Positions 43,602 to 52,800 are shown, counted from the stretch's first letter. The stretch is 64,000 bases of DNA from Comamonadaceae bacterium (GCA_947454955.1 CANGLW010000007.1:28915-92914), one strand, 5' to 3'. Program-made: numbers and translations. Notes: generated by a model not told the origin, from the sequence alone.

Positions 43602-45283
43602 AACACGCTGCCTGAACCCACCGTGCTTTGGTAGCTGATGCTGCCGTGCATGCTTTCTGCCAGCTGTTTGCACACCGCCAAGCCGATGCCCGCGCCCTCG
43701 TAGCCAAAGTCGGGCAGGGTGCCGCGGTAAAACGGCTCAAACACCCGTTCACCCACCGACGCGTCGATGCCCGGGCCTTGGTCGCGCACCGACAAGCGCA
43801 GCTGGCTGTTGCCCAGCAAGCGGCTGGAGACATGCACCTGGCTGCCCTCAAAGCTGTACTTGATGGCGTTGCTCAGCAGGTTGATGACCACCTGCTGCAA
43901 GCGCAGCGGGTCGGCCAACACCCATTCCCCGTCTTGCAAATCTTGGTGCAGGGTGATGCGCCGCTCCTGGGCCTGAGGGGCGAGCATGTTGCGGCAGGTT
44001 TGCACCACTTGTGCAAGCGATGTCGGTTTGAGCAGCGGCGCAGCCACACCCTGACCGGGTTTGAACTTGGTGATGTGCAGCAAGTCATTGACCAGGTTGA
44101 GCAAATGCCGCCCGCCTGAGAGCACGCTGGTGATGTGCTCTTCCTGCCGCTCGGTGGTGCCGCCTTCCATGCGCAAGAGCTGGGTGTAGCCCAAGATGGC
44201 GTTGAGCGGTGTGCGCAGCTCATGGCTCATGCGTGACAAAAATTCGCTCTTGGCGCGGTTGGCGGTTTCAGCAGCCTCGCGGGCTTCTTGAATTTGGGTG
44301 ATGTCAATGCTGATGCCGCGCATCAAGGTGGGTTTGCCCTGCGCGTCGCGCGCCACAATTTCGCCTCTGCCAAACAACCAAATCCAACGGCCATCGGCAT
44401 GACGGGCACGAAACGGGTGTTGGTAGACATCCATCTGGCCATTGAGGTAATCCTCGCGCAGTTGTTTGAGCATGGGCCAATCGTCTGGGTGCACCAGGCT
44501 GTCGAATTCAAAAGTTTCAAAACCGTCACCATCGTTCACAGGCAGACCCAAGAGCGCGCGCATGTACTTGTTGCCCACCCGCTGCTTCGTGACCAAATCG
44601 AGCTCCCACACCCCAAGCTTGGAGAGGTCAACGATGTTCTGCACATAGCCCATCAGGATTTCTTTGGCCATTTCGGCTTGCTTGCGCTGCGTCACGTTTT
44701 GGATGCTGCCCTCCACCACCAAGGGCTCGCCTTTGGACAGATAGCTTTTGCCCACCAAGGCAATCCACACCTCGTTGCCCATGCGGGTCACAAAGGGCAA
44801 CTCCATCTCAAACGTGCCACCCACCGGGGTGATTTTTTCGAGCTTTTGCAAGAAGCGCTCGCGGTCTGAGGGCTTTTTGAAGCCGCTCAAAAACTGTTCC
44901 AAGGTGTATTGCTTGGCGTCGGTCACGCCTTGGCTCAGCCACACATCGGCGCTGGCCTCAAAGGTTTTGTCTTTCACGTCGTAACGCCAGTAACCCAGGC
45001 GAGCCACCCGGCGCAAGCGCGACTCACGCCGCTGCAGCACGACAAAGTCCAGCATCACCCGGTAGCCCAGCCACAGCCCACTCAGGGTCAGCAGCAGGCC
45101 GGGCAGCCACATCAACAGCACCAACTGGCCGGCCATCTCAAGTTCGGCGTTGACCAGTTGGCGAAACACCACCAGGCTGAGCAAGAGGCTCAACAGCGTG
45201 GCAAGCAGCGCAGCGACGATGAACCACCCGCGCAACTGTTGCGGCTCAATGCGGCGCACCTGCAGGGGTAAGTTCTTCAACAA
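43523..45283 (-). CDS. membrane PAS-domain sensor histidine kinase (no receiver domain)
   Basis: Two N-terminal TM segments, two PAS-like regions, the H-box SRMSHELRTPLNAILGY, and N/G1/G2 boxes (LLSNAIKYS, DQGPGI, GAGIGL). TTG start 4 nt after the upstream kinase stop. Confidence 0.85.
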   Translation of the reverse strand: MLKNLPLQVRRIEPQQLRGWFIVAALLATLLSLLLSLVVFRQLVNAELEMAGQLVLLMWLPGLLLTLSGLWLGYRVMLDFVVLQRRESRLRRVARLGYWRYDVKDKTFEASADVWLSQGVTDAKQYTLEQFLSGFKKPSDRERFLQKLEKITPVGGTFEMELPFVTRMGNEVWIALVGKSYLSKGEPLVVEGSIQNVTQRKQAEMAKEILMGYVQNIVDLSKLGVWELDLVTKQRVGNKYMRALLGLPVNDGDGFETFEFDSLVHPDDWPMLKQLREDYLNGQMDVYQHPFRARHADGRWIWLFGRGEIVARDAQGKPTLMRGISIDITQIQEAREAAETANRAKSEFLSRMSHELRTPLNAILGYTQLLRMEGGTTERQEEHITSVLSGGRHLLNLVNDLLHITKFKPGQGVAAPLLKPTSLAQVVQTCRNMLAPQAQERRITLHQDLQDGEWVLADPLRLQQVVINLLSNAIKYSFEGSQVHVSSRLLGNSQLRLSVRDQGPGIDASVGERVFEPFYRGTLPDFGYEGAGIGLAVCKQLAESMHGSISYQSTVGSGSVFHVDLPASSRAMAMAASGSKQTASAP

Positions 45284-45287
45284 GGGC

Positions 45288-47900
45288 TTACACCGTACTT
45301 TCAGAGTCTTGGTTCACGCCGACCCGAGAAGTCTTGGGGGACGACGCATCCGTCACAAGCGGGCGAACCTCCGAGCGCATCTCGTTGTCGCCCTGGGGGC
45401 TGTCCGCGCCCGCGCTGTCTGGCGTGGCCAGCGGCAAATCCAGGTGGAACACGGTGCCGATGCCCAGCACGCTGTCAAAACTGATGTTGCCGCCCATTTG
45501 CTGCGCCAAGCGCAAGCTCACGGTCAGGCCAATGCCTGTGCCTTCTGTGGTCTGTTGGGCGTCTTGGCTGCGGTAGAAAGGCTCGAACACCTGTTGACCC
45601 ACATCCGCAGCAATGCCCGGCCCCTGGTCGCGCACCGACAGACGCAGCACCTGGGGGGAGGGCAGGCTCACCTCCAGGCTGATGGTGGTGTGTGCCTCGG
45701 TGTACTTGATGGCATTGGCCAAAATATTGATGACGCACTGCTGCGCGCGCAGGGTGTCGGCCATCACCCAATGCTCGGCCGAGATGCGGTTGCGCAGGAC
45801 CAGCTGTTTCTCGGTCATCAGCGGCTGCATGAGGTTGATGCAGCGCAGGCACAACTCGCTCATGTTCACAGCTTGCGGCTTGAGGGGAACGGCCTGTGGG
45901 TCGTCGCGGGTGATTTGCAGCAGGTCGTTGATGAGGTTGAGCAAATGCCGCGAGCCGGCCAGCACCGCGTTCACATGGTCTTGCTCTTGCGCCTCGAGGT
46001 GGGGGCTCAAGCGCAGCAGCTGGGTGTAGCCCATGATGGCGTTGAGCGGCGTGCGCAGTTCGTGGCTCATGCGCGAGAGGAAACGGGTCTTGGCCTGGTT
46101 GGCTTCTTCAGCGTCGATGCGGGCTTGGTGCAGCTCGGTCGCGTCAATCGCGGTGCCGCGCATCACGGTGGGTTTGCCCGTGTCGTCGAAGGCCATGAAC
46201 TGCCCCTCAATGACCAGAAAAACCCAATGCCCATCGGTGTGCTGTATGCGGCACTGCGATTTGAAAACCGCAGACTTGCCAGCCAAATAATCTGCCCGTG
46301 CTTGGCGCATGGCTGGCAGGTCTTGAGGGTGAACCTTGGCCGTCCAGTCATGGGCCATAAACTCTTGGCCTGGCGCCATGGTCAAGCCCAACATGTCGTG
46401 CAGGTAGCGGTTGATGCGTCGCTCATCACTGGGAATATCAAACTCCCAAACACCGAGCTTGGACCAGTCCACAATGTTTTTCACCGCATGGCGCAAGCTC
46501 TCGGCGGCCAGCTCGGCTTCTTTGCGTTTGGTGATGTTTTGCACCGAGCCTTCAATCCAGCCCCGGCTGGCAGGTTCCTGGCTTAAGGTTCCGTTAACCA
46601 GGCCCCAGCCTTGGGCGCCGTTGTCACGGTTGTGCATCAGCAGCTCGAGCTCGAAACCTTGACCCGTTAACAAGGTGTTTTGGATGGCCACCTGAAACGC
46701 TTGGCGGTCTGCATCGGTGTCAAAACACGCCAGCCAGGCTTGCCAGAGTTGCTGCGGGTTGCCCTTGATGGACAGGGTTTTGTGAAACACCCCGCTCAAT
46801 TCCAGATGTTTGGTGCTGGGGTTGAAGCGCCAATAGCCCAAACCAGCAATGCGGCGTATGGATGCCTCTCGTTGGCGAAAGGTTTCAATGGCCAATGAGC
46901 GGCGGTAAAGCAAGCCAACGGCCGTGAGCAAGAGCACCAGGCCTGAGCCCCAAATGCCCGAGACCAGTTGCGCGTTGCTCTGCAAGACCTTTTTCAACTC
47001 CACAGGGCTCACCCAAGACACCATGGTGAACTTGGGGCTGCGAACCATGGCCTGCTCTTTGGGGTCTGCCCACACCATGCGCCGCCAGACCAGGCCGTGG
47101 TCCCCCTCACCAAACACTTGCGTTTGCATGTTGGCCCACAACTCAGGGTGTTCCTTCTGAACGACCCGCAAATCACTGATGGCCGCGCTGTTGTCACCTT
47201 GTGACTGCCCCGATGCGTTGACCAAGCTCATGCGGGGTAACTCTGCGCCCGCTGTATCGTTGGCATACCCGCGCATGAAGCGCAGCATATCGACACCGAT
47301 CAACACATGGCCGCGCGCTGCACCTTGTGCGTCAGGAACGGCAATGGCCCCGTAAATCAGCGGTTTTGTTGACTTGGCTTCTTCGTTTTTGATAGCAACG
47401 AGGTCTGAAAACCAAAGCTCATGGGGCTTGATGTTGAGGGCCTCAAGAAGCTGCTCGGGCAGGACAAGTTCGGTACTTGAGCTTTGGGGCGAGGGTTTGC
47501 CATCGGCACGCCATAGGTTTTGCAGAACCTGCCCTTGAGGGCTCACCCACAGCACATGGTTGATGATCGGGTTGATTCGAAACATCCGCGCAAGCACGGT
47601 GCCCAAGGCATCAGGGTCTTGAGTGTCTGCCGCAAACCTCTCATCTTGAGCATAGGCTTTGAGCAGCCCATGGAATCGCAGGCTCAGCAGTTCAAGTTGT
47701 CCCACAGAGGTGTTGACTTGCAACTGCCCGACCTGCTTGAGCCGCTTGAGGTCCCGTTCGTTGAGCTGTTGCACCACCAATGCAGCGGTGACCACCGTGA
47801 TGGCGGTGAGCAAAAGGGCCAAGAACGCAAAGCCTTTGCCCAAACGGCTGTGCGTGTTGAGCTTGAAAGCTTGTAACCACCCCGAAAAACGAGACAACAT
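45288..47900 (-). CDS. sensor histidine kinase with large periplasmic (Cache-like) domain and PAS domains
   Basis: TM, ~280-aa periplasmic region, TM, two PAS-like regions, then the H-box SRMSHELRTPLNAIMGY and an HATPase domain. It is a paralogue of the downstream kinase. The start is the ATG at 47900 or the TTG at 47927. Confidence 0.85.
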   Translation of the reverse strand: MLSRFSGWLQAFKLNTHSRLGKGFAFLALLLTAITVVTAALVVQQLNERDLKRLKQVGQLQVNTSVGQLELLSLRFHGLLKAYAQDERFAADTQDPDALGTVLARMFRINPIINHVLWVSPQGQVLQNLWRADGKPSPQSSSTELVLPEQLLEALNIKPHELWFSDLVAIKNEEAKSTKPLIYGAIAVPDAQGAARGHVLIGVDMLRFMRGYANDTAGAELPRMSLVNASGQSQGDNSAAISDLRVVQKEHPELWANMQTQVFGEGDHGLVWRRMVWADPKEQAMVRSPKFTMVSWVSPVELKKVLQSNAQLVSGIWGSGLVLLLTAVGLLYRRSLAIETFRQREASIRRIAGLGYWRFNPSTKHLELSGVFHKTLSIKGNPQQLWQAWLACFDTDADRQAFQVAIQNTLLTGQGFELELLMHNRDNGAQGWGLVNGTLSQEPASRGWIEGSVQNITKRKEAELAAESLRHAVKNIVDWSKLGVWEFDIPSDERRINRYLHDMLGLTMAPGQEFMAHDWTAKVHPQDLPAMRQARADYLAGKSAVFKSQCRIQHTDGHWVFLVIEGQFMAFDDTGKPTVMRGTAIDATELHQARIDAEEANQAKTRFLSRMSHELRTPLNAIMGYTQLLRLSPHLEAQEQDHVNAVLAGSRHLLNLINDLLQITRDDPQAVPLKPQAVNMSELCLRCINLMQPLMTEKQLVLRNRISAEHWVMADTLRAQQCVINILANAIKYTEAHTTISLEVSLPSPQVLRLSVRDQGPGIAADVGQQVFEPFYRSQDAQQTTEGTGIGLTVSLRLAQQMGGNISFDSVLGIGTVFHLDLPLATPDSAGADSPQGDNEMRSEVRPLVTDASSPKTSRVGVNQDSESTV

Positions 47901-48060
47901 CACCTGAAAAGCCACCGACCGGCGCAAATATTTGATAGCTGATTTTTATCATGTTTTTATCATTTTTCGCACTTAGGGGAATTGTTGATAGGCGCTTTCA
48001 TCCAAGCAAATGCAGGGTGTTTAGCCCGTATTTCCTGTCGTTTCCTGGCATTCGTAGGTT

Positions 48061-49455
48061 TTAAGGCAATAGCAGCGACAACTCGGGGTTGTCCACCGCG
48101 CTGGTGTCGCGGTCGTACAGGTCTTGGCGGGTCAGCGGCACCGGCCAGGCGCCGTGATCGGGTTTGGCAGCCAAAATTTGGTGCAGCCCGGTGCCGCCAG
48201 CTTCAAATTCCAGCGCGCAGGCGGCCATGTACAAGCGCCATACCCGGTAGGTACGCTCACCCACCAGGGCCATGGCCTGTTCGCGCTGGGCTTCCAGGCG
48301 CGTGACCCAATGCCGCAAGGTCAGAGCGTAGTGGGGGCGCAGGGCTTCGATGTCCACAATCTCAAAACCTGCGCGCTCCATGCCCAGCGAGATGTTGCTC
48401 ACGCAGTCCAGCTCGCCGTCGGGGAACACATAACGGTTGATGAACTCGGTGGCCACGCTGCGGTGCCAACCTTCCTCGTCGTGGGTGATGCCGTGATTCA
48501 AAAACAGCCCGCCAGGCTTGAGCAAGCGGTGCACTTGCGCGTTGTACTGCGGCAAGTTGGCCAGGCCTACGTGCTCAAACATGCCCACGCTGCTGATGCG
48601 GTCAAACTGCGCCTCTTGCACGTCGCGGTAGTCGCACAGCGCCACGGTCACGCGGCCTTGCAGGCCCTCGCGCTGGATGCGTTCCTGCGCGTAGGCCAGT
48701 TGTTCTTGGCTTAAGGTGATGCCGTGCGCGCGCACACCGTGGTGCTTGGTCGCCCAACACACCAAAGCGCCCCAGCCGCAGCCGATGTCGAGCAGCGTGT
48801 GGCCGGGTTGCAGGCGCAGCTTGCGGCAAATGTGTTCGAGCTTGTTGCGCTGGGCCTGGTCCAGGCTGTCTTGCGGTGTGCTGAAGTAGGCGCATGAATA
48901 CACCCGCGCCTCGTCCAGCCACAGGCCGTAAAAGTCGTTGGACACATCGTAGTGAAAAGCGATGGCGGCCTGGTCGCTGGCTTTGGTGTGTTGATGCTCA
49001 AAGTGATGTTTGCTTTGCTGCTTGGCGTGCTGTTTTGCTCCGTTGGGCTTGCTTGTCTTGCTATGGTTTTTGATGTTCTGCCCAGCGTCGGCTTCAAGTG
49101 AAACTGCGTGTTTGGGCAGGTTCAGCGCGTCGAGCCACAGGCTCCAGCGATCACGCCAGCTCAACTGCAGGTGCGAGAAATGGTCTTTGAGCGAAAGCAC
49201 CTCGTAAATATCGCCTTCCACATCCAGCAGGTCGTCAAAGTAGGCCTGGGCCAGCAGCAGCGGGTCGGGCTTTAAAACAAGCTGACGCAGCAGAGACGGG
49301 TCGCGCAAGACCAGGGTGAAGGCCGGTGCGGCTTGCCCCAGGGCGTGGCGGGTGTTGTCCCACAGGCGTATGGCCGCGTTACCGCGGTAGCCCTGCATGA
49401 GGCGCTCAAAAATACGCAGGGCAGGTTGCTCAGTTCGCAGGGCGGTGGTGGTCAT
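48061..49455 (-). CDS. cfa: cyclopropane-fatty-acyl-phospholipid synthase family SAM methyltransferase
   Basis: HYDVSNDFY, YSCAYF and LLDIGCGWG (SAM motif I) are typical of CFA synthases. It has a K/Q/H-rich insertion at residues ~121-160. Confidence 0.85.
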   Translation of the reverse strand: MTTTALRTEQPALRIFERLMQGYRGNAAIRLWDNTRHALGQAAPAFTLVLRDPSLLRQLVLKPDPLLLAQAYFDDLLDVEGDIYEVLSLKDHFSHLQLSWRDRWSLWLDALNLPKHAVSLEADAGQNIKNHSKTSKPNGAKQHAKQQSKHHFEHQHTKASDQAAIAFHYDVSNDFYGLWLDEARVYSCAYFSTPQDSLDQAQRNKLEHICRKLRLQPGHTLLDIGCGWGALVCWATKHHGVRAHGITLSQEQLAYAQERIQREGLQGRVTVALCDYRDVQEAQFDRISSVGMFEHVGLANLPQYNAQVHRLLKPGGLFLNHGITHDEEGWHRSVATEFINRYVFPDGELDCVSNISLGMERAGFEIVDIEALRPHYALTLRHWVTRLEAQREQAMALVGERTYRVWRLYMAACALEFEAGGTGLHQILAAKPDHGAWPVPLTRQDLYDRDTSAVDNPELSLLLP

Positions 49456-49807
49456 GAGGTGACTTTCGTGAGGGAGGAAAAGTCAGTCTAAAAACGCTGT
49501 GCTGCGAAAGTTTGATGTTGCTCAAGCTTCTGTTTTGATAGCAATACTGCAATACGCAGCAAGGCTTGGTGCACACAAACGCTTGAGATTTGTCAAAGCA
49601 ATTTGTGTGGGTGTGGCTACAGTCAACTTGCCACTGCACGATGTGTCACGCAACCACCCTTGAAGATTTGGGGGGTGAGGGGCCAGGGCCGAACGTCGAA
49701 GCTGCCAACGCTTCTGGGTGTGACGTGATCTGTCACAGACGCGAACGCTCCCCCCGGTTGCCGCGCTTCGCGCAATGACTGCGTGCGGTGGCAACCTTGA
49801 AAGGCTT

Positions 49808-49841
49808 GAACCATGATCTCTCGAACCATGATCTCTCGAAC
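49808..49841. repeat. 15-bp tandem duplication spanning the start codon of the Spy/CpxP-like gene
   Basis: GAACCATGATCTCTC occurs twice (49808-49822 and 49823-37) and is followed by GAAC. This gives two in-frame ATGs and the N-terminus MISRTMISRT. Confidence 0.9.
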
Positions 49842-50328
49842 TGTAGGCACCTTGAGCTTGTTGGCATGTTGCCTCACCCTCGCACATGCCCAAACCACCC
49901 CACGCACCGACCCGGCGCCCGCTGGCGATGTCGCGAGCCCTTCGCCAGGCATGGGTGGCCATGGACCGGGGGCGATGGGCCGCTGGATGAACGAGCGCAT
50001 GAGCAAGGTGCACCAGCGCCAGTTGGATGTGCTGAAAAAAGAGTTGCACCTCAAGCCTGACCAGGAGGTTGCCTGGACCACCTACGACAAAGCCATGAAC
50101 GCGCCGCTGGAGGGCTGGGGCGCTGCGCCCAAGAAAGACCTCTACAAGCTCACCACGCCCGAGCGCCTGGACGCCATGAACCAGCACATGCAGCAAATGC
50201 AAACCTTCCACCAGCAACGCGCCAACGCCACCAAGGCGCTGTACGGCGCGCTCACCCCCGAGCAGCAAAAGATCTTCGACACCCAAACCCGCCGCGGCCC
50301 AGGCCTCATGCACTGCGACCGCGACTGA
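49813..50328 (+). CDS. Spy/CpxP-family periplasmic protein (LTxxQ motif)
   Basis: Signal peptide (LLACCLTLAHAQ), a helical Q/K-rich body, and LTPEQQKIFD (LTxxQ). The start is at 49813 or 49828. Confidence 0.7.
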   Translation: MISRTMISRTVGTLSLLACCLTLAHAQTTPRTDPAPAGDVASPSPGMGGHGPGAMGRWMNERMSKVHQRQLDVLKKELHLKPDQEVAWTTYDKAMNAPLEGWGAAPKKDLYKLTTPERLDAMNQHMQQMQTFHQQRANATKALYGALTPEQQKIFDTQTRRGPGLMHCDRD

Positions 50329-50331
50329 TTT

Positions 50332-50352
50332 AATTGGGGTCAGACCCCAATT
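50332..50352. repeat. perfect 21-nt palindromic REP-like element, intergenic
   Basis: AATTGGGGTCAGACCCCAATT lies 3 nt after the Spy-like stop and upstream of the decarboxylase gene. Confidence 0.9.
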
Positions 50353-50464
50353 ATTGAGAAATTAGCGGAAATCTGGGCTCCAGTCACAGTGAGGGCGCAA
50401 TAAGTCCTTACACTTCGCGCTTCGACTTTTATCTTAGGCGCGCCCCTGGCCGGTTGGAGCTTGC

Positions 50465-52729
50465 ATGAAATTTCGCTTTCCCATCGTCATCATTGACGAA
50501 GACTTCCGCTCGGAAAACACCTCCGGTTTGGGCATCCGTGCGCTGGCGCAGGCCATCGAGTCTGAGGGCTACGAGGTCATGGGCGCTACCAGTTACGGCG
50601 ACCTGAGCCAGTTCGCGCAGCAGCAAAGCCGCGCCAGCGCCTTCATTTTGTCGATTGACGACGAGGAATTCACCCCCGGCCCCGACCTGGACCCCGCGGT
50701 TTTGAATTTGCGTCACTTCATTGAAGAGGTGCGCTTTAAAAACGCCGATGTGCCGATCTATATCTACGGCGAAACCAAAACCTCGCGCCATTTGCCCAAC
50801 GACATCTTGCGCGAGTTGCATGGCTTCATTCACATGTTTGAGGACACGCCCGAGTTCGTGGCGCGTCACATCATCCGCGAAGCCAAGTCTTATTTAGAAG
50901 GCCTCCAGCCCCCGTTTTTCAAGGCGCTGTTGGATTACGCCGAAGACGGCTCCTACTCCTGGCATTGCCCCGGACACTCCGGTGGCGTGGCGTTTTTGAA
51001 GAGCCCGGTGGGCCAGATGTTCCACCAGTTTTTCGGTGAGAACATGCTGCGCGCTGACGTGTGCAACGCGGTGGAAGAACTCGGCCAGCTGCTCGACCAC
51101 GACGGTGCGATTGGCGAGAGCGAGCGCAACGCCGCGCGGATCTTCAACGCCGACCACTGCTTTTTTGTGACCAACGGCACCAGCACCTCCAACAAAATGG
51201 TGTGGCACCACGCGGTGGCCCCGGGCGACGTGGTGGTGGTGGATCGCAACTGCCACAAGTCGGTGCTGCACGCCATCATCATGACCGGCGCGGTGCCCGT
51301 GTTTTTGAAGCCCACGCGCAACCATTTCGGCATCATCGGCCCGATCCCTAAAAGCGAGTTCGAGCCCGTAGCCATCCAGGCCAAGATCAAGGCCAACCCT
51401 TTGCTCAAAGGAGTGGATGCGAAAAAGGTCAAGCCGCGCATGCTCACGCTCACGCAAAGCACCTACGACGGCGTACTCTACAACACCGAGACCATCAAGC
51501 ACCAACTTGACGGCTATGTGGACAACCTGCACTTTGACGAGGCTTGGTTGCCGCACGCGGCCTTCCACCCGTTTTACGGCACCTTCCACGCCATGGGCAA
51601 AAAGCGCCCACGCCCGAAAAACTCGGTGGTGTACGCTACCCAGTCCATCCACAAGTTGCTGGCGGGCATCAGCCAGGCCAGCCATGTGCTGGTGCAAGAC
51701 TCGCAAAACACCAAGCTGGACCGCCACCTCTTCAACGAGGCGTATTTGATGCACACCAGCACCAGCCCGCAGTACAGCATCATTGCCAGCTGCGACGTGG
51801 CTGCGGCCATGATGGAGCCACCCGGCGGCACCGCGCTGGTGGAGGAAAGCATTGCCGAGGCCATCGATTTCCGCCGCGCCATGCGCAAGGTGGACGAGGA
51901 ATATGGCAAAGACTGGTGGTTCAAGGTGTGGGGCCCCGAGAAGATGACCGAAGACGGCATCGGCCGCGCGGAAGACTGGGTCATCAAGGCCGACACCAAG
52001 TCGAGCAAATGGCACGGCTTTGGCAAGTTGGCCGACGGCTTCAACATGCTCGACCCGATCAAGGCCACCATCGTCACCCCGGGCATGGACCTCAACGGCA
52101 AGTTCGACAAGACCGGCATTCCCGCGAGCATCGTGACCAAGTTTTTGGCCGAGCACGGCGTGATTGTGGAAAAGACGGGCCTGTACAGCTTCTTTGTGAT
52201 GTTCACCATCGGCATCACCAAGGGCCGCTGGAACTCGCTCTTGACCGCGTTGCAGCAGTTCAAAGACGACTATGACAAGAACCAGCCGATGTGGCGCATC
52301 TTGCCGGAGTTCTGCCAGAAGCACCGCCGCTACGAGCGCATGGGCCTGCGCGATTTGTGCCAGCACATCCACGCCATGTACGCCAAGTACGACATCGCGC
52401 GTTTGACGACCGAGATGTACCTGAGCGACTTGACACCCGCCATGAAGCCCAGCGACGCCTACGCCCACATTGCCCAGCGCAAAACCGAGCGTGTGCCGAT
52501 TGACGACCTGGAAGGCCGCATCACCGTGGGCTTGGTCACACCTTACCCACCCGGCATTCCTTTGCTGGTGCCTGGTGAGGTGTTCAACCGCAAAATCGTC
52601 GACTACCTCAAGTTCTCACGCGAATTCAACCAGCAGTGCCCGGGCTTTGAGACCGACATCCACGGCCTGGTGGAGGTGGAAGACGACGACGGGAAACGCA
52701 GTTACTTTGCGGACTGCGTCAAACTTTAA
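50465..52729 (+). CDS. Orn/Lys/Arg decarboxylase, large (wing + PLP + C-terminal) type
   Basis: 754 aa with an N-terminal receiver-like wing domain. CPGHSGG and SIHKLL (PLP lysine) motifs are as in LdcC/AdiA/SpeF-type enzymes. Substrate cannot be assigned by eye. Confidence 0.9.
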   Translation: MKFRFPIVIIDEDFRSENTSGLGIRALAQAIESEGYEVMGATSYGDLSQFAQQQSRASAFILSIDDEEFTPGPDLDPAVLNLRHFIEEVRFKNADVPIYIYGETKTSRHLPNDILRELHGFIHMFEDTPEFVARHIIREAKSYLEGLQPPFFKALLDYAEDGSYSWHCPGHSGGVAFLKSPVGQMFHQFFGENMLRADVCNAVEELGQLLDHDGAIGESERNAARIFNADHCFFVTNGTSTSNKMVWHHAVAPGDVVVVDRNCHKSVLHAIIMTGAVPVFLKPTRNHFGIIGPIPKSEFEPVAIQAKIKANPLLKGVDAKKVKPRMLTLTQSTYDGVLYNTETIKHQLDGYVDNLHFDEAWLPHAAFHPFYGTFHAMGKKRPRPKNSVVYATQSIHKLLAGISQASHVLVQDSQNTKLDRHLFNEAYLMHTSTSPQYSIIASCDVAAAMMEPPGGTALVEESIAEAIDFRRAMRKVDEEYGKDWWFKVWGPEKMTEDGIGRAEDWVIKADTKSSKWHGFGKLADGFNMLDPIKATIVTPGMDLNGKFDKTGIPASIVTKFLAEHGVIVEKTGLYSFFVMFTIGITKGRWNSLLTALQQFKDDYDKNQPMWRILPEFCQKHRRYERMGLRDLCQHIHAMYAKYDIARLTTEMYLSDLTPAMKPSDAYAHIAQRKTERVPIDDLEGRITVGLVTPYPPGIPLLVPGEVFNRKIVDYLKFSREFNQQCPGFETDIHGLVEVEDDDGKRSYFADCVKL

Positions 52730-52744
52730 AGCGATGCACCAAAG

Positions 52745-52775
52745 AAAAAGGGCAGCTTAGAGCTGCCCTTTTTTT
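52745..52775. terminator. bidirectional rho-independent terminator
   Basis: AAAAA-GGGCAGCT-tag-AGCTGCCC-TTTTTTT. It sits between the convergent decarboxylase gene and the puc operon. Confidence 0.75.
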
Positions 52776-52800
52776 CGCCAGCCGAAACTGGCCTGATGGA

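Noticed and set aside
49590-49778. Cys/His-rich 62-aa ORF (CHCTMCH...CDVICH) in the cfa / Spy-like intergenic region
   Set aside because: It has a TTG start without an SD. The internal ATG at 49641 also lacks an SD. The cysteine spacing does not fit a zinc-ribbon pattern I recognise. It is probably non-coding promoter region for the divergent genes and could be revisited with expression data.
42603-50464. Possibility that the B12-domain / kinase / cfa / spy block is a genomic island integrated at tRNA-Ser
   Set aside because: I saw no integrase, no phage or conjugation genes, no direct repeat of the tRNA 3' end downstream, and no compositional break. The tRNA adjacency alone is insufficient.
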